Below, one piece after another: positions 19,462-28,940 of a stretch of DNA of 64,000 nucleotides. The notes under the pieces are model-generated. The model saw only the letters and a program-made list of their open reading frames with translations, had not been told where the DNA came from and did not search any database. The position numbers and the translations under genes were made by a program. Positions within the stretch are counted from its first letter, which is position 1. The number at the start of each line of letters is the position of its first letter. Source of the stretch: a virus (Duplodnaviria > Caudoviricetes); the IMG/VR virus record IMGVR_UViG_3300033068_001847, positions 1 through 64,000 of that record; one strand, 5' to 3'.

Positions 19462-20271
19462 TTATAATTCAGTGTGTTTATCGAAATCAGTTAATTTTAA
19501 TGTATGATAATTATATTCATTATCAATTTCTACTAATTTTAAATTCCATCTATTATCATTATCAAGAGTTAATAAATTATAACCGTGATTATCTAAACTT
19601 TCACCGAAATGTTGTTGATTTAAACTACCACACATTAATCCCCAACGCTCACCGTCATGACTTTGATATTTAAAAGTTTGATGTTTATGAATATCACCTG
19701 CTATAAATAAATGTGTGTGATAGAAATCAGCAGGATTGACATCTCCCTCAGTAAATGTAAAACCTACATCAGTCGTAGAACCCACTATAACACCATGATA
19801 TAAACCGATGTAGTGTTTGTTACCTTGTGGATCATTCAATGCCTTAAAAGAGCTTATATCGGGTGTCTGTTGATTCTCTAAGCAGGACCATACACACCAA
19901 ACTAGATCGTTATCCCATTTATCTTCAAAACAACCGCTTTGCTTATAATAAACAATATTATCATTATTCATTATTTCGATAATGGGTGTAATGGAATCTA
20001 CACGCTGGCTGTTTAAAACAGTATCATGATTACCGGGAATTATTACAATTTTAGAATATTTAGCAATTGCATTTAAAAGCTTTGCTATAATAAGAGATGA
20101 TTCATTACTAATAGTTAACTTAGAATGAAAAATATCACCAGCTATAACTACCCGATCTGGACGTTCATCTTTAATTTCATTAATCAGATTTCTAAAGACA
20201 ATCTTATATTCTTCATGTCTTTTTAAAGGTCTCAGGTGTAAATCTGAGAAAGCAATTATTGTTTTAATCAT
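19462..20271 (-). CDS. sbcD: SbcD/Mre11/gp47-like metallophosphoesterase nuclease
   Basis: SDLH, AGDIFH, GNHD, GDIH, GSL.Q..FGE; adjacent to sbcC. Confidence 0.92.
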   Translation of the reverse strand: MIKTIIAFSDLHLRPLKRHEEYKIVFRNLINEIKDERPDRVVIAGDIFHSKLTISNESSLIIAKLLNAIAKYSKIVIIPGNHDTVLNSQRVDSITPIIEIMNNDNIVYYKQSGCFEDKWDNDLVWCVWSCLENQQTPDISSFKALNDPQGNKHYIGLYHGVIVGSTTDVGFTFTEGDVNPADFYHTHLFIAGDIHKHQTFKYQSHDGERWGLMCGSLNQQHFGESLDNHGYNLLTLDNDNRWNLKLVEIDNEYNYHTLKLTDFDKHTEL

Positions 20272-20313
20272 ATTTATTGTTTTGACTAAAATAATATACT
20301 TTTAAAAAAAATC

Positions 20314-20343
20314 AAGCCCCAATGAACTTAATCACTGGAGCTT
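20314..20343 (-). terminator. intrinsic terminator overlapping the -33 of the sbcD promoter (20286-20316)
   Basis: AAGCUCCAGUGA/UCAUUGGGGCUU 12-bp stem with G-U pairs, then GA and a U run. Confidence 0.75.
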
Positions 20344-20366
20344 AACAATTATCAAGAAACTGATAA

Positions 20367-21206
20367 TTAATCTAATTGTGTGCCACAAGAAGTACAGAAC
20401 TTCCAAGTAGCTTTAACTGTTTTTCCGCAACCTCCACAATATCTTTTAAGATCTTTAACTTCCACCTGAGATACTGGTAATATTTTATATTCAACAATAT
20501 GAAATGCTGTAGTACAAAAATCTTTATTTACAGTAGTGAAGGTTTGTTTTGATTTTTCACCTTTTTCTACTCTTCCAGTTTCAATTGGTTTAGACATACT
20601 TCTTAATACCGATTTTTTCAAAGGTTCATTTGAATTAGATCTTGACATTGAATATTCTGCACCAAATCCTAAGCTATCCATAGTCACAGTACCTGAAGAA
20701 TTAGAAACATTAAAGGTAGAAGTAGTAAAAGATGGATAAATAATTGGATTACCAGTAGTTGGAGTATTTAATATTCCATTGTAATAATTAGTTGTAATAG
20801 TACCGATACTCCAATCAATAGGAATATATTCATTATAAAATGATACAGTAACTGCACCGTTATCCGAAATTGCCTGCTTTACTTCTGCATTAGTACCTGA
20901 AACTTCGTAGGTTGAGAACTTGAATTTTTTAGCTTCATTAATGAAACGATCTAAAAATACTCGTTGACCGGGGTTTAAAATTAAACCAGTGTTTGAAATT
21001 AATTTACCATCTAAGGAAATCTTGGCTAATACTACATTCTTCGTTGGATTAAATAATTCGAATTCAAAATTATCCCCATCTTTAAGGTAAACGTTTTTAG
21101 GATTTGAATTGTGTAATTTTAATCTACTTTTGTTAGTAGTAATGTGTGCGGTAGGTACTTGTGAAGCAAGAGCCTGTTTGTAATCATTTCTTGTATTGAT
21201 ATACAT
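20367..21206 (-). CDS. zinc-ribbon domain protein
   Basis: C-terminal YCGGCG...KFCTSCG; N-terminal beta-rich domain. Confidence 0.8.
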   Translation of the reverse strand: MYINTRNDYKQALASQVPTAHITTNKSRLKLHNSNPKNVYLKDGDNFEFELFNPTKNVVLAKISLDGKLISNTGLILNPGQRVFLDRFINEAKKFKFSTYEVSGTNAEVKQAISDNGAVTVSFYNEYIPIDWSIGTITTNYYNGILNTPTTGNPIIYPSFTTSTFNVSNSSGTVTMDSLGFGAEYSMSRSNSNEPLKKSVLRSMSKPIETGRVEKGEKSKQTFTTVNKDFCTTAFHIVEYKILPVSQVEVKDLKRYCGGCGKTVKATWKFCTSCGTQLD

Positions 21207-21210
21207 GATT

Positions 21211-21318
21211 TTATATGTAAGCCTTTCATTACAGCTAATTGACTAAATTTTTTGTAACTCTATACAGAATTACTCAAAAGGTGACGTGACCTCAAACCCA
21301 ATCAAATACTTACACATA
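21211..21318 (-). ncRNA. candidate structured cis-regulatory 5' UTR RNA
   Basis: Four nested stems; the non-Watson-Crick pairs are G-U only on the minus strand. Confidence 0.55.
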
Positions 21319-21349
21319 TAAATATACTATAAATATTTTTTTTGTCAAC
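21317..21349 (-). promoter_or_regulatory. composite promoter: TTGACA-N16-TATATT plus two TATTTATA boxes
   Basis: TTGACA at 21343-21348; TATTTATA at 21328-21335 and 21317-21324. Confidence 0.65.
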
Positions 21350-21355
21350 TCTAAT

Positions 21356-21703
21356 TTATTTCCATAAGGAAAGAGGTAAATAACAATTATCTACTTGATA
21401 AAAAATAATATCACTTTCTATATTATGAAACTCATTACTTATATGTGTAGCATATCTGTAATTCATTATTTTTACATCATCAATAGAATTATTGATATCT
21501 TTTTCAAAGTTTATAATAATTCTATTATTATTTAATCCTTCGTTAGTAAGCCTTATAGTATTATCCAAGGAAGAATATAATAAGTTATTCCATATAATTT
21601 CTACATGAGTAATTATTTCCATTTGTCTAAAAATATTAGTTACATGAATTAATTCTCCAATAAAATCAGTAAAAATAGCTTCGTTTTCAACAATTATTTC
21701 CAT
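21356..21703 (-). CDS. hypothetical protein
   Basis: 115 aa, coupled to primase. Confidence 0.65.
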   Translation of the reverse strand: MEIIVENEAIFTDFIGELIHVTNIFRQMEIITHVEIIWNNLLYSSLDNTIRLTNEGLNNNRIIINFEKDINNSIDDVKIMNYRYATHISNEFHNIESDIIFYQVDNCYLPLSLWK

Positions 21704-22677
21704 TATATTAAATTATATAGTATTTTATCTTCAAGTTCTAATTCACGCATTTTTTTAATACATTTAAGAACACCTCTTTCACCATAATCTTCTCTTATTT
21801 TAGCAATATCTTTATTCATTGGTAAATCAATCACTCGTACCCTTCCATTTAATTCTAACGTACTATTCAACTGCTGGTAGATTTTATAAGCATTTTGTGT
21901 TGCATCAGGATCTAAACAAATTACCACATATGCATTACATTTCTTTAATAATTCATAGTATAATCTTGGAGATAATTCTTTACCTAGAAGCGGAATTGTG
22001 TTTTCTATTCCTAACCCGATCATATCAAACATACCTTCAACTAAGTATATTGTAGAATCCCAATTCAAGTTTAATTCATTTACAATAATTTCATTTTTTT
22101 CAACTATAGGATTATCGTATTTTTGTTTATGACCAAAATAGGTTCTGGCAACAAAGAAGTTTAAATTTCCTTTTTTATCATATGATGGTATTATTATTCT
22201 TCCATCATACTTACCACCATTACAGAAACCAATATCATATTTCTCAATTAGTTCATCATTTATACCTCGACCTCTTAAATAATTATATGCTTGAAGAAAT
22301 TCATTATTTCTTTTCGCAGTGGACATCCTAATATATTCATTGGGTAATTTAATTACAGGAACGTAATTTAAATTAAATCCTTTTTTGGTACTGTAAACGT
22401 GATCTTCAGTAACTTCATCATATAATTTAAGATCTCTATTACTCCCTTGACTTTTAATCAACTTTCGTAATGATCCTTTAAACCCATCAGGATGATCCCC
22501 ACAACTCCAACATTTATGTACAAGTTTGTTATAATTAATTTCTAAATTACCTTTACCTTGACCATGATCACAATTTGGACAATCATAGGCTATTTGGGAA
22601 CGCCCTCTAGTATGCTTCTTGGGGGTATTACCAAATACATTGTAAATAATATTTAAAACTTGATTATTAGTAGACAT
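21703..22677 (-). CDS. DNA primase (DnaG-type)
   Basis: CPNC...CWSC zinc finger, RIIIP, TOPRIM VEGMFD and LDPDA; promoter at 22703-22733. Confidence 0.9.
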   Translation of the reverse strand: MSTNNQVLNIIYNVFGNTPKKHTRGRSQIAYDCPNCDHGQGKGNLEINYNKLVHKCWSCGDHPDGFKGSLRKLIKSQGSNRDLKLYDEVTEDHVYSTKKGFNLNYVPVIKLPNEYIRMSTAKRNNEFLQAYNYLRGRGINDELIEKYDIGFCNGGKYDGRIIIPSYDKKGNLNFFVARTYFGHKQKYDNPIVEKNEIIVNELNLNWDSTIYLVEGMFDMIGLGIENTIPLLGKELSPRLYYELLKKCNAYVVICLDPDATQNAYKIYQQLNSTLELNGRVRVIDLPMNKDIAKIREDYGERGVLKCIKKMRELELEDKILYNLI

Positions 22678-22744
22678 AAAAAAACCTATACTCGTTGGGG
22701 AACAAATATAGGTTAGATTAATAAAAAATCAAGTTATAGTAATC

Positions 22745-23413
22745 TTAGTCTATGTCATCATCTTCATCATCTAAATCCATGAACTCAAGAGTACAATCAA
22801 TATTAGTATATTTCATTAATTCAGTTTCCAATCTATTAACTAAAACCATTAACCTCATTAAACCTCCTTCATTAATTTGTTCCATATAACCACCAGAAAC
22901 TAAATCAGCGTATGCCATATCATTTTCTTCTTCAGTTACACTTTTACAATAGATACAATTAGGATTATCACAACTTAAATCTTCAAATTCAAGTTCATCA
23001 CTCATCATATCTTTGAATAACTTATTCAATTTATCATGACCTTTTACATCCATATCCTCTTCCATCATTTTTACATATACTTCAGTAATCATATCTTCTG
23101 ATGGTGTATCAGACATAATTAACTTATTTTTAACTCTATCTAAAAATATTGCTAATAACCTATGATCTTTATCTAAATGATTTTTATAAAAATTCAATTT
23201 ACCAATGACTTTATTATTATGAACTACCTTTTCTTTCGCTTCCTTTAAAAATTTCTTTTCTAAATTTAAAAGAACTTTTAATTCAGTTTTATCTTCTTCG
23301 TTATTTTCCAAGTCCTGACTACTCAAGAAAATAATCCTATCACTAATCACCTTGTACTTCTCTTCCTTCAGGTAATTATACCACACATCTAAACTAGCTT
23401 CATTTAGTTTCAT
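22745..23413 (-). CDS. hypothetical protein
   Basis: 222 aa, acidic tail, CDNPNCIYC. Confidence 0.7.
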   Translation of the reverse strand: MKLNEASLDVWYNYLKEEKYKVISDRIIFLSSQDLENNEEDKTELKVLLNLEKKFLKEAKEKVVHNNKVIGKLNFYKNHLDKDHRLLAIFLDRVKNKLIMSDTPSEDMITEVYVKMMEEDMDVKGHDKLNKLFKDMMSDELEFEDLSCDNPNCIYCKSVTEEENDMAYADLVSGGYMEQINEGGLMRLMVLVNRLETELMKYTNIDCTLEFMDLDDEDDDID

Positions 23414-23414
23414 A

Positions 23415-24005
23415 TTAAGTACTTATATAATTGTTTTTTAGTAGTCCTGCCTTAGCAACTACATATGAATCCGACATATCATAATTTTCTTCCTTAAATA
23501 AGAAATTCTTAGACCACTCCCAAATAATTTGAGGTTCTGAATAACTAACTTTGTTGAATACTAGTTTTTTCTTGTCAGCATCTTTTGGAAAAGATAAAAT
23601 ATACTTTACCTCCCCTTTTACTTTTCTTTTCTGAACATACTCAGGAAAGAAGAAAGATCTTGCTTCATGTACTGAGATATGTTCAGGTTCAACATTATAT
23701 AGCTCGTATAATTTGTTTGATATCATACCATTAAAAATGGCTAATACTATTACAGTATTTATATTCGGTCCATTTTTCAATGGTTCTTCAATAAAAATAT
23801 GTTTAACATTATAAATACTATATTTCTTCATGTAATCCTTAAAGTGATCCATCTTTTTATAGTATGTTACGTTACCATTCTTTTTTGATTTCTTCGGCAT
23901 ACTGATAAATGAAATATCTAACAATTTACCGCTCATATTCATTACGGTTACACCAATTGTTTTTGAACTTATATCGAATCCTAAAATACAGTCTTGTTTG
24001 ATCAT
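23415..24005 (-). CDS. RuvC-like Holliday junction resolvase
   Basis: LGFDISSKTIG, FIEEP, DMSDS acidic catalytic pattern. Confidence 0.8.
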   Translation of the reverse strand: MIKQDCILGFDISSKTIGVTVMNMSGKLLDISFISMPKKSKKNGNVTYYKKMDHFKDYMKKYSIYNVKHIFIEEPLKNGPNINTVIVLAIFNGMISNKLYELYNVEPEHISVHEARSFFFPEYVQKRKVKGEVKYILSFPKDADKKKLVFNKVSYSEPQIIWEWSKNFLFKEENYDMSDSYVVAKAGLLKNNYIST

Positions 24006-24008
24006 TAT

Positions 24009-25091
24009 TTAAACTCTAATCGTAATATCGAATGATAGTACACTCGATTTAGTCTTAGCAAGTGGCTTATTGCTCTTTGCTATAGCGATCAGTTCAAATT
24101 TGTCATTATATAATCCTATCTCAGTAATTGCTACAGGACTGTTTTCAATATTATCAACACCATACGCTTCAAGGAAAGTAGGGTTGTTTGATTTATAAAA
24201 CTCATTTGGTAAAGCAATACATACAGCATGTTGTATAAATTCTGTATTGAATGATGTAAATGTTAATGTTGATCCTGAATCAAAATATATGTTTGTGAAT
24301 TTATCATCACCAGCATATGAAGATCCGTTAAGTTCTGCATTAGTATAATCAAAATCATTTACAATACTTGGGTGTGTAATTACTATGAATCCTTTATCCA
24401 GATAAGCTATACCAACAGGTATGTCCACAATTCCATCAGCACTACTATAATTAGCAGCAAATTTAGATCCAATAACACCTGTAGGTAAATTAGTTTGTGA
24501 TGTAAAGTATTTATTTGTACTTGCCCAAGTGTAGCCTGAATTATTTGAAGGTTTTTGAATACTATCACAGAACATATAAGCTACGTTTGAAGAATAACCA
24601 GTAATTGGGTTTGTCAATCCAGCTTGTCCCGGTAATTCAATTGTATTATATGATTGTCCAAATTCTTTACTTTGTTGGTTAGGATCACTATAAATAGCAT
24701 GTCCTGAAGTATCTAAAATTGAATTTCTAAAAAAAGTAGAATATAAAGTCATAGTTCTACCACTAGTTAAAGGTACAATAAGTTTTATACTTTTACCATC
24801 TACCATTTCACCATAAGTGTTCTTTGGTATTTCTGCAACAATAACACTATCCCTATTTAAATATTGGAATGCTGTAGTTGAATAATCGCCTATAGTAAAT
24901 TTCTGCTTCTGACCTACCGTGATTGGTAAATTAAAAGAAGAATATAAATTACCGAAAAACCTATTAGATAAGTCAGTTCTTTCAACTTTAGTAAACTTCA
25001 GATTACTTCCATTTAATATTGTTTGTGATAATGGTATTAATTTCTTTTCAAAAACACCAGAACCAGAATCTATTTGTTTGTATATTTCCAT
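24009..25091 (-). CDS. tail/baseplate structural protein with tail-collar-type C-terminal motif
   Basis: ITEIGLYNDKFELIAIAKSNKPLAK. Confidence 0.65.
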   Translation of the reverse strand: MEIYKQIDSGSGVFEKKLIPLSQTILNGSNLKFTKVERTDLSNRFFGNLYSSFNLPITVGQKQKFTIGDYSTTAFQYLNRDSVIVAEIPKNTYGEMVDGKSIKLIVPLTSGRTMTLYSTFFRNSILDTSGHAIYSDPNQQSKEFGQSYNTIELPGQAGLTNPITGYSSNVAYMFCDSIQKPSNNSGYTWASTNKYFTSQTNLPTGVIGSKFAANYSSADGIVDIPVGIAYLDKGFIVITHPSIVNDFDYTNAELNGSSYAGDDKFTNIYFDSGSTLTFTSFNTEFIQHAVCIALPNEFYKSNNPTFLEAYGVDNIENSPVAITEIGLYNDKFELIAIAKSNKPLAKTKSSVLSFDITIRV

Positions 25092-25097
25092 TTTTTT

Positions 25098-26030
25098 TTA
25101 ACTTGTTAATTTATTCCCTATTAATTTTAAAGTATCTCTACTTAAACCATAATAATTAATAGATTTATTTTTCATTGTTGCAATATTTAAAGGATTAGTG
25201 TAAATCGAAGAAACGGTTGAGTCAGTTTCTAATGAAATTGATAATTGGTAATTATATAATTCCATTGTGAAGTTACCATTCTTAGTTCCACCATAATTTA
25301 CAAGTCCATAAAGTTCTACATATCCACCAACTGGTATATAAAATGACCCACTATAATTAAATAGTAAATTATCTAAAACTGAATCAAAATCATATCCATT
25401 TTCAGTTAATTGATTTCCACTTAATAATCCTCCTGTATCTCCAAGAATTGTTAATTGTGTATTTGGTCCAACAAACCCCAAAGTATCGCTATAATCTTTT
25501 GTAGACATTGGAAATAATGGAATCAATGTACCATTTACATTCAAATAGAATTCCATAAAAGCTTTAAAGCTTTTAAGACTGGTCATTGATAATTTCATAT
25601 TACCACTATACTTAATAGTATAATTCCCTGATTCCTGTACGTTTAATATTCTTCCTTGCTGTGAACTGGTAATTTCTAATGCATTGAATTTAACACCTGA
25701 TATCTGATCTATAATTGGATTTTGATTATCCAAAGTTATCCAGTATTTTGTACCAGTTACCGATCCACCTGTATTGTAATGATTACCTGAGATAGGAACA
25801 AGTGATTTACTTACTGTTTCACTCTCTACTTGATCAACTTGATATAATTTGTTTGATGCTATAGAACCATTAGGTGAAGATAAGTCCAATCCAATTCCCG
25901 GATTATAAAATTTTTTATATCCATCCAATGAGATATATTTAGCAACGCTATCATCACTTAATCTAAAATTTTCTTTATATATTAAGCTATCGTTCTTAGG
26001 TATCAAACCTGATTTTTTTATTTCTCCCAT
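25098..26030 (-). CDS. probable virion structural protein
   Basis: G/S/N-rich beta protein within tail operon. Confidence 0.55.
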   Translation of the reverse strand: MGEIKKSGLIPKNDSLIYKENFRLSDDSVAKYISLDGYKKFYNPGIGLDLSSPNGSIASNKLYQVDQVESETVSKSLVPISGNHYNTGGSVTGTKYWITLDNQNPIIDQISGVKFNALEITSSQQGRILNVQESGNYTIKYSGNMKLSMTSLKSFKAFMEFYLNVNGTLIPLFPMSTKDYSDTLGFVGPNTQLTILGDTGGLLSGNQLTENGYDFDSVLDNLLFNYSGSFYIPVGGYVELYGLVNYGGTKNGNFTMELYNYQLSISLETDSTVSSIYTNPLNIATMKNKSINYYGLSRDTLKLIGNKLTS

Positions 26031-26031
26031 T

Positions 26032-26514
26032 TTATAATGAATTTCTTATATGTAGATAAATTATCTCAGTTGACTTCGGTATACCCAAATAGTTCTGACT
26101 TTGATAACTATTTATTGAATATCCTTGATAGTAAGGAAATGAAGTAACGTCTGCAAAACAACTTGTTGTTGTGGCAGTCAATTCAATTGTTAAAGTATTA
26201 GAATCATTTTCAACTTCAAAATAATGAGTTGATTCACCGAAATCATTACTTGTCGTTAATGCAGTATTTGATGTAGTTGTATCCCTTACTCTTATTTGAA
26301 CCGTATTACTATTAAACTCATCCATTATACTTAATATATGTAATAAAATTACTTTCTTAGGTAATCCTACAGCAGGGCATGTGCCATTTGCATTTGCATA
26401 TGCTTGTGCTGCTGCAATAGCTTGTTGATCAGCTTCATATTGACTAACTGATGACGTATAAGCTCCATAGGGAATACTCACATATACTGATGAACCTGTT
26501 GAATTTGTAGCCAT
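26032..26514 (-). CDS. protein starting with the second half of a DUF5977-like repeat
   Basis: GSSVYVSIPYGAYTSSVSQYEADQQAIAAAQAYANANGTC. Confidence 0.65.
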   Translation of the reverse strand: MATNSTGSSVYVSIPYGAYTSSVSQYEADQQAIAAAQAYANANGTCPAVGLPKKVILLHILSIMDEFNSNTVQIRVRDTTTSNTALTTSNDFGESTHYFEVENDSNTLTIELTATTTSCFADVTSFPYYQGYSINSYQSQNYLGIPKSTEIIYLHIRNSL

Positions 26515-26662
26515 TTTATTTTAATTTATTTAATTTATTTTAATTATGTATATGAAGGTCCACAATCATTTTTAACTACGTATCCCTCAAAAGGTGCACT
26601 ATAAAATACTACTGGATCTACATTACAAGTACCATTTGCATTTGCATATGCTTGTGCTGCTG
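26384..26662. repeat. 31-bp exact direct repeat between DUF5977-like units
   Basis: ccatttgcatttgcatatgcttgtgctgctg at 26384-26414 and 26632-26662. Confidence 0.85.
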
Positions 26663-28334
26663 TAATAGCTTGAATATCTGCATCAAATTGACTTACATAT
26701 GATGTATAAGCTCCATATGGAATTACTACATGTACTGAAGATCCTGTACCTTCGGTACAATTATTTTTAGTTACATATGAATCATAAGGTGCACTGTAGT
26801 AAATAATCGGAACTTCAGGACATGTACCATGAGTTTGAGCATATGCTTGACCATTAGTGTCAACATCAGCTTGAGCTAATCCATCTGCAATAGCTTGAGT
26901 AGTTCCACTGTAACTTCCTTTTGCAACAGTATATGGTACACTAGAACCTATACCTGAACCACAAGTTTTAACAAAAGTTCCAGATTTAGCTCTATTCCAG
27001 AATACTCCATTTGTAGGTTCAAAATCATACTGTACATGTAAACATTCACATCCACATGAACTTATATGAGCATAATCAGAATCACCATCTAATAATATAT
27101 CTTCATTAAACTTGAAAATTATATTTAAAATAGCTGGTTTAATATTCCTATTACCTTTTTGATATATATTGAATGTTAATTTAGAAGTTCTATATTCATT
27201 AGTACCACTTATTTGTTGGAATAACGGTGAAGTAAATACGAAATCTCTTAAATTATAATATTCGTGCTGAACCACTCCCATTTGATCATCTACTACATTA
27301 TTATTACTGATAATATTATTACCAATGATATTCGAAGTAGATCTTTTGAACAATTTAAGAAAATGATTGTTTTGTTTTAATTCATTGGTTGGTAATGCAT
27401 CAAATGTAGTACCAGCCATATTTTGAAGGTTAGTATCACCTCTATATATAAAAGTATCTGGTAAATTTGTGTGTAAATTTTTGGCGTATACTCTTGCTGC
27501 TAATGTGAAGTCAGTGAATTTTTCAATAATTTGATTATTCTCATCAGTAAAGAATGTATAATCCATTTGATTTTCTACGACAGTTGGATTATAGAAAGAC
27601 CAAGTAGATTGATCAAATGCTCTATAAGCGTATCCTATTTCTCTACCCATTACACCAACACCACCTTCTCCAGCACCTTTATAGGTATTTCTTGATGAGA
27701 ATGTTAATTGAATAGGTGATACACCACTACTGTTTTGATTTACAGTATTTGAATTATCTAAATAAGTATTTACAAGTGATTTATAAACAGTTTGATCAAA
27801 CATTAAATCAAATTCATATTCAGTAATATCACTTATTTCTTCCACTGTAGGTGTTTCACTTGAAACAGTCAAGGTATCAATTTGGGAATATAATTGTGGA
27901 AATATTGATTTTAATACAATATCTAATTTAGAAGCATCAGGATTAAGAACATTATCAGCAGAATTATATAATGCATAGCGACCCATACAATCTAAATTTA
28001 TAAGACAATTTAATACATCATAATATCTTCCATTATCTGGACGTTTTAATCTAACTTCTTGATATTGTTCTGGAACATCATCTTTATACGGGATAGGATG
28101 TTTAATTCCAACGTTATTTGCTAGTGATAAAATACAATCAGTATCATCACCAGTAAGATCAGGTACAAAACCTTCACCATTTCTTAATTCAACGGTATAA
28201 TTACTATCAGAATCTCCTAAAGCAAAATATTTTCCTACGATATCTTCTTCGCTTCCATTTAATAACAAATCTCTACCTCTTTGTGTTAGGTAGGCTGTTA
28301 ATTCTAATGTATTACCTGATGCTATAAATCCCAT
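26544..28334 (-). CDS. tail-associated protein: tail-collar-like N-terminus plus DUF5977-like repeats
   Basis: LTQRGR...YFALGDSDSNY; two complete and one partial KNNC..GSSV...SQ.DAD....QAYAN.NGTC repeats. Confidence 0.7.
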   Translation of the reverse strand: MGFIASGNTLELTAYLTQRGRDLLLNGSEEDIVGKYFALGDSDSNYTVELRNGEGFVPDLTGDDTDCILSLANNVGIKHPIPYKDDVPEQYQEVRLKRPDNGRYYDVLNCLINLDCMGRYALYNSADNVLNPDASKLDIVLKSIFPQLYSQIDTLTVSSETPTVEEISDITEYEFDLMFDQTVYKSLVNTYLDNSNTVNQNSSGVSPIQLTFSSRNTYKGAGEGGVGVMGREIGYAYRAFDQSTWSFYNPTVVENQMDYTFFTDENNQIIEKFTDFTLAARVYAKNLHTNLPDTFIYRGDTNLQNMAGTTFDALPTNELKQNNHFLKLFKRSTSNIIGNNIISNNNVVDDQMGVVQHEYYNLRDFVFTSPLFQQISGTNEYRTSKLTFNIYQKGNRNIKPAILNIIFKFNEDILLDGDSDYAHISSCGCECLHVQYDFEPTNGVFWNRAKSGTFVKTCGSGIGSSVPYTVAKGSYSGTTQAIADGLAQADVDTNGQAYAQTHGTCPEVPIIYYSAPYDSYVTKNNCTEGTGSSVHVVIPYGAYTSYVSQFDADIQAITAAQAYANANGTCNVDPVVFYSAPFEGYVVKNDCGPSYT

Positions 28335-28427
28335 TTAATCTTTTTTTATTTTATTTTTAATATCTACATTCACCGCAAGTGATTTAATACAATCTACATT
28401 ATCACCAGTAAGATCAGGTACAAAACC
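28146..28427. repeat. 27-bp exact direct repeat between paralogous N-terminal modules
   Basis: atcaccagtaagatcaggtacaaaacc at 28146-28172 and 28401-28427 (GFVPDLTGD). Confidence 0.85.
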
Positions 28428-28586
28428 CTTTCCTAATTCATGAAGTACATTATAGTTACTATCAGAGTCACCTAAAGCAAAATACAGAACTTTAAAATCG
28501 GTCTTATTTATCAATAAGTTCTCTCTACCTTTTTGTGTTAAAAAAGCTGAAATTGTAACTGTATTTCCTGACGTTATAAATCCCAT
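28335..28586 (-). CDS. stand-alone tail-collar-like N-terminal module
   Basis: MGFITSGN...LTQKGR...YFALGDSDSNY...GFVPDLTGD. Confidence 0.7.
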   Translation of the reverse strand: MGFITSGNTVTISAFLTQKGRENLLINKTDFKVLYFALGDSDSNYNVLHELGKGFVPDLTGDNVDCIKSLAVNVDIKNKIKKD

Positions 28587-28587
28587 C

Positions 28588-28902
28588 TTAGCTTCGTATA
28601 ATTAAATTTTTATGAAATGAAGTTGGTGCGACATTTTTATCTTTCACCCATTCATTATAAAATTTCTTATTATCTATTGTTATATTAGCAATTTTCAAAC
28701 AGCTTGAATCTTCTCCAGTTGCATCAGGAACATACCCTTTATTCAATTTTTTTAAAACAAGATAGTTTGTATCTGAATCACCTAATGTAAAATACTTGAT
28801 CCCTAAATCCGTTTTGGATTTTTTCTTACCAGCCAAGTATTCAGCACCAACAGGTGTTAAATAAACTACAATATCTGTTTGTCCTGTTGTAATAAATCCC
28901 AT
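28588..28902 (-). CDS. stand-alone tail-collar-like N-terminal module
   Basis: MGFITTG...LTPVG...YFTLGDSDTNY...GYVPDATG. Confidence 0.7.
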   Translation of the reverse strand: MGFITTGQTDIVVYLTPVGAEYLAGKKKSKTDLGIKYFTLGDSDTNYLVLKKLNKGYVPDATGEDSSCLKIANITIDNKKFYNEWVKDKNVAPTSFHKNLIIRS

Positions 28903-28940
28903 TATATTTAAAATAATTTATTTGCCGTCACTTTTACACC

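Noticed and set aside
22683-22714. AACCTATA/TATAGGTT inverted repeat before primase
   Set aside because: AT-rich 8-bp arms, one overlapping the promoter box, so it would not be fully transcribed; plausibly chance
26497-26546. Self-splicing intron as explanation of the 50-nt gap
   Set aside because: Far too short and almost all A/T; no group I or II core possible
26384-26662. DGR template/variable repeat pair
   Set aside because: Both copies are coding repeat units, differences are not adenine-specific, and no reverse transcriptase is in the window
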